32,000 nucleotides of DNA from Pseudodesulfovibrio piezophilus C1TLV30 (GTDB taxonomy: Bacteria > Desulfobacterota > Desulfovibrionia > Desulfovibrionales > Desulfovibrionaceae): contig NC_020409.1 of the NCBI RefSeq assembly GCF_000341895.1, positions 3,122,411 to 3,154,410 of the forward strand, written 5' to 3'. Under the pieces are notes generated by a model, which made no database searches, had not been told where the DNA came from, and was given only the letters and a program-made list of their open reading frames with translations. Below are positions 7,181-13,909 of this stretch, piece after piece (position 1 is the stretch's first letter; every line of letters begins with the position of its first letter). Made by a program: the position numbers and the translations under genes.

Positions 7181-8935
7181 CTAAACAATGACCTGAATTT
7201 TGTTCAGGATCTTGAGGGCAATGATGTCCAGCGGGAGCACCAAAAAGTGGACGAGGAGGATTGCGCAGATCACTGCTCCTGCCGAGATGGTGAGGATGAC
7301 AGCCCTTCTGCGGCGTTTCTGTGCCATTTCCTCACTGGTCTGGACATAGGGAATGACGCCGATCACTGGGATTTTGGTCAATAACGCAAGCGAAGTCCTG
7401 TCGTGGATCGAGTGGTCCATAAATTCGGCGACAGAGACAAGGCTGAGGCCGCCTGCTGTTGAGACGATCATGGCGATGATAAGCAGGAGCAGCCTCTTGG
7501 GCTTGTATGGTTTTTCCGGTAGGACAGGAGGTTCTATCAAGGAGAGTTTTTCACCGACATGCTCTTTTTCGAGTTCTTGGGATTGGCGGGCAGAAAGCAC
7601 CTTCTGCATTGTTTCCTGATATTTGACACTGGAGTTGTGATAATCTCGCTGTAAGCTCGTGTACTGCTGCTCAACCTGAGGGCTTTGTTCGATATATGAG
7701 ACATATTGATCATATTTTTTACGAAGCTCTGTCAGCAGGTTTCGTTCATTGCGGATTTCAAGGCTGGTTGCTTTGATTTGCGTTTTGAGGTTGATATACG
7801 CCGGATTTTCCTGGTCCAGATTTTCATTCGATCGCAAGACGCCCTGATTCTTGGACGATACTTGGAGTGAGGCTTTCAGTTCCGCTATTTTCCCTTTGGC
7901 ATTGATGACGTCCGGGTGTTTATTCGTATATTTTTTTTGTAACCGTGCAAGCTTGCGTTCCCATGATCCGAGTTCGGCGTTGATATCTCGTCCCTTGTTT
8001 CTGTGTGTCAATTCAGCCTCAAGCAGGTCGATCTGTCCCTTCAGTTTGATCATGTCCGGGTGTTTTTCCGACCGGCTTGTCTTGTAGGAAAGATACTGGC
8101 TACGCAGAGATTTTAATTCCTCTTCAGGACTCATGATCCGCTTGCCGTCAGCGGAATACGAATAGATGGTCTGATCGACGGTGGCCAGTTGACCTTCCAG
8201 GTAGACCCTGCGATCAGTCAGTGTTTTGATCATTTCCTGTCGGGCATCGATATCTTTTTGAATACGGTCAAGACTTTGCAAGTTCAATTCCATCAATTCC
8301 GGCAGTGAACGATAATTTTTTTCCTTGAAGCTCGCTATTTTCGATTCTGACTTTTGAACATCCTGTCGGAGTTCATCCAGCTGTTTATTCAGGAAGTCGA
8401 GGGTGGTCAGTGCCTTTTCTTCTCGTTGTCTCAGGTTTTGTTCAAGGAAGAGGGAGACGAGGGCGTTCGTTGTTTGTAAAACTTTCTTGGGTGATTTGCC
8501 ATCGAACGAGATGGTAAAGGCGATGGTTGCGGTCGTGGCTCTCCCCGTATTGTTGACAACTTCAGCCTGGATGTTTTCGACTTTGATATTGTCCCGCATT
8601 TTTTGGAGAATCTCTTCAGATGTCAGGCTGTCCTTATATTCGTCATACAAGCCAAAACGATCAATGATAGCCATGAGATTTTGGCGGTTGAAGGCCATTT
8701 GGCTGATTGATTGCAACCGTTCTTCAACATACCCTGTTACAGTAGTTTGAACGAGTTCCTGAGGGACTTCCTGTCCTTCCACCAAAATTGTCGCAGACGA
8801 TGTATAGATTGAAGGCAGCAGGAAGATGATTGCCGCAGTCAGCATGAAAAAAGCGCCTGTTGGAATGGCGAACAGCCAAAATCTCCGCTTGAACGCGTTG
8901 ATGTAAAGTCTGATATCGTTGGTGTTCGTTTCCAT
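7181..8935 (-). CDS. Polysaccharide chain-length determinant (Wzz/GumC-like, PEP-CTERM locus subfamily)
   Basis: 584 aa. It has an N-terminal Wzz-type TM segment (FWLFAIPTGAFFMLTAAIIFLLPSIYTSSATILVE), a long coiled-coil periplasmic region and C-terminal TM helices. Confidence 0.8.
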   Translation of the reverse strand: METNTNDIRLYINAFKRRFWLFAIPTGAFFMLTAAIIFLLPSIYTSSATILVEGQEVPQELVQTTVTGYVEERLQSISQMAFNRQNLMAIIDRFGLYDEYKDSLTSEEILQKMRDNIKVENIQAEVVNNTGRATTATIAFTISFDGKSPKKVLQTTNALVSLFLEQNLRQREEKALTTLDFLNKQLDELRQDVQKSESKIASFKEKNYRSLPELMELNLQSLDRIQKDIDARQEMIKTLTDRRVYLEGQLATVDQTIYSYSADGKRIMSPEEELKSLRSQYLSYKTSRSEKHPDMIKLKGQIDLLEAELTHRNKGRDINAELGSWERKLARLQKKYTNKHPDVINAKGKIAELKASLQVSSKNQGVLRSNENLDQENPAYINLKTQIKATSLEIRNERNLLTELRKKYDQYVSYIEQSPQVEQQYTSLQRDYHNSSVKYQETMQKVLSARQSQELEKEHVGEKLSLIEPPVLPEKPYKPKRLLLLIIAMIVSTAGGLSLVSVAEFMDHSIHDRTSLALLTKIPVIGVIPYVQTSEEMAQKRRRRAVILTISAGAVICAILLVHFLVLPLDIIALKILNKIQVIV

Positions 8936-8946
8936 TGAATCCTCGG

Positions 8947-10158
8947 CTAGAAGAACGTTGGATAGGAGTATTCGAATCGAAGGGCTATCCTGTTCTGTTG
9001 ATCTGTGTTGTGACTGATCCGGTTTTCGATGGATGTGTGTTTGTATTCAAGTCGAATAACTGCATCCTTGGTCCATTTGTATTGTATTGTCGGGCGGAGA
9101 GAAAATGTCTGTTTTTCTGTTTCAGCGACCAGCCCTTCGGTTTCAAGGGTGTAGAATGCTCCTTCGAATGACGCTGTGAGGCGTTCGGTGAATGCATATT
9201 CACTTGATGCCCGCACCCGTGCGCGGGTCGTTGACTCTCCATAAATGGAAGGTGAAATCATTCTGTCCGCTCCCAGAGTGAATTTCCATTTTTCGCGTGC
9301 GTAGGTTCCGGAAATGTCGAAGCTCGGATAGATGTCAGAGGCCGTTTTATCCGTTCCGCCATCCACAGTTGCTATGGAATTGGCGTATCCCAGACCTCCG
9401 TACCCGACGAATTCGAGAAGTTCAGTGGGTCTGTAGCTGAAGCCTCCCATCAAATTGTACACATCCTGCCGGGTATCTCCGTTTGTACGGTCATAGTCAT
9501 AGTGATTGTAGCTTCCCTGAGCCAGGAGGGCGGTTCGTTGGTTGTTCAGGCCGTGACTCCATGTCACCAGACTGCCGCGTTCAGTTGAATCCGGGTTGGT
9601 TTTTCCGGCATATCGTGTCGCAGACAGAGGAATGGTGATGGAGAGTCGGTCTTTTTCCGAAACATTCCAGGATATTCCGGGGGACATTGAGTATCTGCGT
9701 CTCAGGCTTGTGGTTGATTGGGTGCCGGATTGGGCCAGTTCTTCCACAAATGTGTGGTTATAGTCATAACTGGCGTCAAGTTTGAGCTGGAATCGCTCGT
9801 TGAGTTCCTTGCTGCCTTTGAACCAAATGTCATAGTTTTCCCGGTCATATTCGGTGAGATCCTCATAGCGGAAGAGGACCGCCTTGCCGCCTCCCGTGAG
9901 TTCCCAGTCCTCGGCTCTGTATTTCAATTTCATGGAAGGGGTAAGCCTCAGTTCGAGGTCTCCTGTGTCCTTGAAGAGAACATTGTCGTCATATGTCGTT
10001 TGAACCATGATCTTCGGTATGAAAACCGTTTGTTCGGCTCGTGTCGGCGCAGGATAAAGTACGCTCCATACTAGGAGAATGATCCACAGTGTGGTTGAAA
10101 AAGGAATGCGTTGTTTCATCTGGATTCTTTTGGCGCGGGAAGTTCTTGTTGCGGTCAT
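8947..10158 (-). CDS. Outer-membrane beta-barrel protein associated with PEP-CTERM/EPS loci
   Basis: The ORF-track frame runs to 10302 but would then overlap the upstream gene. Plausible starts are ATG 10158 or ATG 10119 (MKQRIPFSTTLWIILLVWSVLYPAPTRA|EQ signal peptide). The sequence shows an alternating beta-strand pattern, is rich in Y/G/S/T/D, and ends in the OMP-type terminus ...RFEYSYPTFF. Confidence 0.7.
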   Translation of the reverse strand: MTATRTSRAKRIQMKQRIPFSTTLWIILLVWSVLYPAPTRAEQTVFIPKIMVQTTYDDNVLFKDTGDLELRLTPSMKLKYRAEDWELTGGGKAVLFRYEDLTEYDRENYDIWFKGSKELNERFQLKLDASYDYNHTFVEELAQSGTQSTTSLRRRYSMSPGISWNVSEKDRLSITIPLSATRYAGKTNPDSTERGSLVTWSHGLNNQRTALLAQGSYNHYDYDRTNGDTRQDVYNLMGGFSYRPTELLEFVGYGGLGYANSIATVDGGTDKTASDIYPSFDISGTYAREKWKFTLGADRMISPSIYGESTTRARVRASSEYAFTERLTASFEGAFYTLETEGLVAETEKQTFSLRPTIQYKWTKDAVIRLEYKHTSIENRISHNTDQQNRIALRFEYSYPTFF

Positions 10159-10162
10159 TGTC

Positions 10163-10747
10163 TTAGGGGATAAGGACCGTATCTCCCGGCAGGAGGGGAA
10201 TATTTTGTTCCAGACCATCTCCTGAGACCGCTTTGACATAATTGAAGGGAAGATATGTTTGTTTTCCCTCTTTTCCGATGCGGACGACGAGAATGTCGTC
10301 ACTTTCCGCGTATGGTGTCATGCCGCCAGCCAAGGCAAGGGCTTGCAAAACAGTGATCTGCCCACTCATCAGATAGACGCCAGGCCGGTTGACCTTGCCC
10401 ACAACGTAGACTTGAGGACTCCCCAATTGTTGCAGCATGATCGTCACCGGTGCATCGGATACATATTCCTTTATACGCTTTTCGAATTCCTTGCGCAATG
10501 CCTCGACTGTTTTCCCGGCTGCTTTCATGTCGCCGACAAGAGGGAAGGAGACCATCCCATCGGGGCGGATGATGACATTGGGGCGGGTCAGAGCTTCATC
10601 TCCCCAAACGGAGACTTCCAAAATGTCCCCAGCTCCGAGCCGAAAATCCGACATTGATGCAGCGTGCGCCGGAGGACACAGAAAAAGAATAGCAAGGGTG
10701 AGTGGAGCGATCAAAGCAAAGGCAAATAAAAAAAAGGGACGTTTCAC
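10163..10747 (-). CDS. Polysaccharide export protein (Wza/EpsE-like, Poly_export + SLBB)
   Basis: 194 aa with a GTG start and a GAGGAAA SD. It has a signal peptide, then FRLGAGDILEVSVWGDEALT...VIIRPDGMVSFPLVGDMKAAGKTVEAL...GQITVLQALALAGG...LLPGDTVLIP. Confidence 0.85.
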   Translation of the reverse strand: MKRPFFLFAFALIAPLTLAILFLCPPAHAASMSDFRLGAGDILEVSVWGDEALTRPNVIIRPDGMVSFPLVGDMKAAGKTVEALRKEFEKRIKEYVSDAPVTIMLQQLGSPQVYVVGKVNRPGVYLMSGQITVLQALALAGGMTPYAESDDILVVRIGKEGKQTYLPFNYVKAVSGDGLEQNIPLLPGDTVLIP

Positions 10748-10760
10748 AGCATTTCCTCGA

Positions 10761-11315
10761 CTACAGTGTCGGATTCATTTTCGTCAGTTGCATGGATGCC
10801 AGTCCATAATCTTTAAGCAGCTTTTCATATGCTTTTTGCCCTTCATCGGATGATCCTGTAATCAGCGCACCCAGTTGTAATTCTTCCCCCATGACCTCAA
10901 TGCGTCTGGCCACGCATTGAAAGCGGATCGGGTCCATGTCGTCGGTGAAGGCAAATATGATTTCGAATCTCAATCCTACAGGATAGTCGGTTATGACACG
11001 GCCACACAGCTTTTTCCCGGAGCAGACAATACGGATGCCGATAGGGGAAATGTCCTTGAGCAAGGCTGGTTGATAGACGACCGATGCACCATTTTCCTCT
11101 TCAATATAAATGATCGCCGGGACGTTGACTTCAACACGTTGAAAAGAACGCCTCTCTTCCTCGGTTGCACATGGAGACTGCTGCGTATGAATATATTCTT
11201 CGACAATTGCTTCAAGCAGAGCTTCAGGAGGCGTACCGAGTTCTTTGGCGATCGTCTCCAGGTCAAGGGCCAGTTCGCCGCTGATGGAATACCGAGGGAA
11301 AACATCTTCAGACAT
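10761..11315 (-). CDS. PilZ-domain protein with a ribbon-helix-helix-like N-terminus (putative c-di-GMP receptor/regulator), first gene of the EPS export operon
   Basis: 184 aa. The PilZ motifs are RSFQR (RxxxR) and DISPIG (DxSxxG). The N-terminus RYSISGELALDLETIAKELGTPPEALLEAIVEEYI has a strand-helix-helix pattern. Its stop codon is 13 nt from the Wza-like start. It is a paralogue of 13177..13704. Confidence 0.7.
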   Translation of the reverse strand: MSEDVFPRYSISGELALDLETIAKELGTPPEALLEAIVEEYIHTQQSPCATEEERRSFQRVEVNVPAIIYIEEENGASVVYQPALLKDISPIGIRIVCSGKKLCGRVITDYPVGLRFEIIFAFTDDMDPIRFQCVARRIEVMGEELQLGALITGSSDEGQKAYEKLLKDYGLASMQLTKMNPTL

Positions 11316-11326
11316 CCTTACCCTAC

Positions 11327-11342
11327 TGAAATAATTGTGCCA
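11327..11342 (-). promoter_or_regulatory. Sigma-54-like element (TGGCACAATTATTTCA), copy B of the recurrent motif
   Basis: The minus strand reads TTTTGGCACAATTATTTCA, immediately upstream of the RHH-PilZ gene. The -12 position reads TC rather than GC. The predicted TSS would fall on the start codon, so its function is uncertain. Confidence 0.3.
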
Positions 11343-11552
11343 AAAGAAAAATAGTTAAGCATATGCTCACCCTTGCTCCGACAAAATACATCTAAGAGAC
11401 CATAAACAATTGCATTCTGGAAAAATCGGACAGGTTGACCGGGAGTATCTCCCGTACTGCTCAGGAAAAAACACCATTTTTACCCCTATGACTTCATTCC
11501 CTCTTCCAAATATTAATTTACCGTGCGATAGAGAAGTCCGATTTCGTTACGT

Positions 11553-11625
11553 TACCAAGCCAAACTGGGTGTGAGCCCAGGACGGAAAGCCACGGGTCTC
11601 TTGGAGATAGCCGGGTTGCCAATTG
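11553..11625 (+). promoter_or_regulatory. Candidate c-di-GMP-I (GEMM) riboswitch aptamer in the prsR leader
   Basis: The sequence reads G-CC-AAA-[CUGGGU-GUGA-GCCCAG]-GAC-GG-AAAGCC-[second hairpin with UCUC/GAGA core]-UAGCCGGGUUGCC. It lines up element by element with the V. cholerae Vc2 aptamer as I recall it: GGGCAAA-[CCAUUC-GAAA-GAGUGG]-GACGCAAAGCC ... UAGCGGGGUUACC. Both have a 6-bp stem capped by a GNRA tetraloop. There is an apparent compensatory change (G..C in Vc2, C60..G85 here) at the pair closing the AAA/GAC internal loop. Confidence 0.6.
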
Positions 11626-11666
11626 AAGTGTGTGGATTTTCACCTTTGATTCTATAGATTGGTGCC

Positions 11667-13106
11667 ATGGCTCGAATTCTGCTGATAGACGATGCACAGG
11701 ACTTTTGTCTGATTTTTGCGACAATGCTCAAGCGCCTTGGGTTTGATTGCATTACTTCGACGAGTCTTGAGGCCGGCCTTCAGGAACTGGAGAAAAACCC
11801 TTTTGATCTCGTTTTTCTCGATGTTTATCTCGGTGCGCACAGCGGGCTTGACCATATCGCCGGTGTCATGAACTCACCGGGCAATCCTGATGTCATCATC
11901 ATCTCGGCCAGCGGCAGCGGAAAAAACGCCGAAGAAGCCATTCAACTCGGCTCATGGGATTTTCTCGTCAAACCCGTGAGTTTTACTGATCTCGAAAAGT
12001 GTATTTCCCGATGTCTCAAGCATAGGGAAGCCAAAAGTCGATTCATTGCCGAATCCACATTCCATCGGGGACCAATTATTGGAGGCAGTCCTCAACTGCT
12101 TCGGGCCATCCAGTGGGTCGGCATCGTTGCCCGGTCCAAGAATAACGTCCTTATTCTTGGCGAAACAGGGACCGGCAAGGAGCTGTTTGCCCGAGCTGTT
12201 CACGAGAATAGTGAGCGGAGCAGTCAATCCTTTACGGTTGTCGATTGTACTAATCTGCCGACGACTTTGGCGCAAAGTATCCTGTTCGGTCATGAGAAAG
12301 GGACTTTTACCGATGCGAAAGAACGGCGGGAGGGGCTTTTCAAACAGGCGGATGGTGGAACCATCTTTTTAGATGAAATTGCGGATCTCGATATGACTAT
12401 CCAGAAGGCCCTTTTACGGGTTTTGCAAGATCATACTTTCCGGCCGCTGAGTTCCAGGAATGAGGTGAAAAGTGATTTTCGCCTCGTGGCCGCGACGAAC
12501 AGGGACCTGCCTCAAATGGTCCATGACGGGACTTTTCGTCAGGATCTCTATTATCGCCTCAAATCATGTATTATCAATCTGCCGCCTTTGAGAGAAAGGG
12601 TAGATGATATCGCTCCCCTGGCTATTCATTATATGAAAAAGATATGCAAGGAGCAGGGGATTCCCAAAAAGAGGTTTTCAGATGATTATCTCCAGGCCTT
12701 GAGGGAATATCACTGGGCAGGGAATGTCCGGGAGTTGATCAATACCGTCAATCATTCCATTTCAAATTCCTTTGATGCAAAGACACTCCATTCCTATCAT
12801 CTTTCAAGGGAATTGCGAGTCTGCCTGGTCAAAAACAATGTTGAAAATGCAGACCAGAAACTGACTACTGATTTCATTCAGCCACTGTCATCGCTCCCTG
12901 ACGATCACTTCAGTCAGGAGGAATTACCGACATTCAAGGAAGTTCGAAAAAAGGTCGTCAGTCAATTGGAGGCGGAATATCTTTTGGAATTGGTCAACCG
13001 GACTGCCGGTGATATCAAAGCAGCTTGCAAGGTGGCAGGATTGTCGAGGGCACGTCTCTACGAACTTCTGCAAAAGCATGAGATCGATTACAAGCACGCA
13101 AGTTAG
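11667..13106 (+). CDS. prsR: Sigma-54-dependent response regulator (NtrC family; PrsR-like PEP-CTERM-locus activator)
   Basis: 479 aa. It has a receiver domain (LLIDD...DLVFLDVYL), an AAA+ sigma-54 interaction domain (GETGTGKELFARAVH, GTIFLDEI, GTFTDA loop, NVRELIN) and a C-terminal Fis-type HTH (AACKVAGLSRARLYELLQKH). Confidence 0.85.
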   Translation: MARILLIDDAQDFCLIFATMLKRLGFDCITSTSLEAGLQELEKNPFDLVFLDVYLGAHSGLDHIAGVMNSPGNPDVIIISASGSGKNAEEAIQLGSWDFLVKPVSFTDLEKCISRCLKHREAKSRFIAESTFHRGPIIGGSPQLLRAIQWVGIVARSKNNVLILGETGTGKELFARAVHENSERSSQSFTVVDCTNLPTTLAQSILFGHEKGTFTDAKERREGLFKQADGGTIFLDEIADLDMTIQKALLRVLQDHTFRPLSSRNEVKSDFRLVAATNRDLPQMVHDGTFRQDLYYRLKSCIINLPPLRERVDDIAPLAIHYMKKICKEQGIPKKRFSDDYLQALREYHWAGNVRELINTVNHSISNSFDAKTLHSYHLSRELRVCLVKNNVENADQKLTTDFIQPLSSLPDDHFSQEELPTFKEVRKKVVSQLEAEYLLELVNRTAGDIKAACKVAGLSRARLYELLQKHEIDYKHAS

Positions 13107-13176
13107 CGCCTTGAAACGCAGGACATATCTTCAGTATACGGAATATCTTGTGAGAGTTGCTTGCAGCGTGCCTTGA

Positions 13177-13704
13177 TTATGGTGAAAATTGTAAAATCTC
13201 TTTGAGGACATCCAGGCTGTCTCCGGTTGATTTGATGAACGCACATCCCAATTCGGAGACATCTTTTTCAAAGACGTGTTTGACCTCACAAGTGAAACAA
13301 ACCGGGTACTGTCTTTCTGGAACCGTAAAAATGATCTCAACGTGATGTCCCACACCAATGATTCTCATCAGGTCTTTCGGCGCGTAATCGCACTGTAACT
13401 TGAGCCCTCCCACAGAGACATCGCGCACTTTCCCCGGTAAAATGGCTGTTCCGACCTCTTCACTGATAGGTCTGGCAACAGCAGAGAGGTTGACAACAGT
13501 GCGGTCGTGTGCCCGCCGGTTGCTGGCCTTGACACCGAGATAATTTTCAATCGCCTTGACTATCAGTTCATTGACATCCCGGTTTTCCAACGTAGCCCTG
13601 TCTTGAAGTGCTTCGTTAATCTCTTCGACCACCTGAAAGCAGATTGTTACTGTATGGCCCACATTTTTTCTCATTTTCAAATGCTCAAGTAGGAAGAGAG
13701 GCAT
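13177..13704 (-). CDS. PilZ-domain protein with a ribbon-helix-helix-like N-terminus (paralogue of 10761..11315)
   Basis: 175 aa; the alternative start ATG 13674 gives MRKNVGHTVTICF.... The N-terminus HTVTICFQVVEEINEALQDRATLENRDVNELIVKAIENYL looks like a CopG/RHH fold. The PilZ motifs are RAHDR (RxxxR) and DVSVGG (DxSxxG). The segment EIIFTVPERQYPVCFTCEV matches EIIFAFTDDMDPIRFQCVA in the paralogue. Confidence 0.7.
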   Translation of the reverse strand: MPLFLLEHLKMRKNVGHTVTICFQVVEEINEALQDRATLENRDVNELIVKAIENYLGVKASNRRAHDRTVVNLSAVARPISEEVGTAILPGKVRDVSVGGLKLQCDYAPKDLMRIIGVGHHVEIIFTVPERQYPVCFTCEVKHVFEKDVSELGCAFIKSTGDSLDVLKEILQFSP

Positions 13705-13782
13705 CCGTTTACACTTCGTTTCATCATCCTGAATCGGAAAAACTTTGGTAAGGCGTGGAGTGAGATTTGCATAATCGAATTA

Positions 13783-13798
13783 AGCCAGTTCCATGCCA
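13783..13798 (-). promoter_or_regulatory. Sigma-54 promoter (TGGCATGGAACTGGCT) upstream of the second RHH-PilZ gene
   Basis: The minus-strand sequence has correct GG-N10-GC spacing, lies about 80 nt upstream of the 13704 start and points toward the gene. Confidence 0.5.
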
Positions 13799-13909
13799 AG
13801 AGAGTTAACCAGCCGAGATGAAAATGTATTTTTGAACAAGTAACTGGGGCTTGGAGAGGGGGAATGTCTAATCTGTTTTTTAAGGACAACAAAGTTTAGT
13901 TAATGAATC

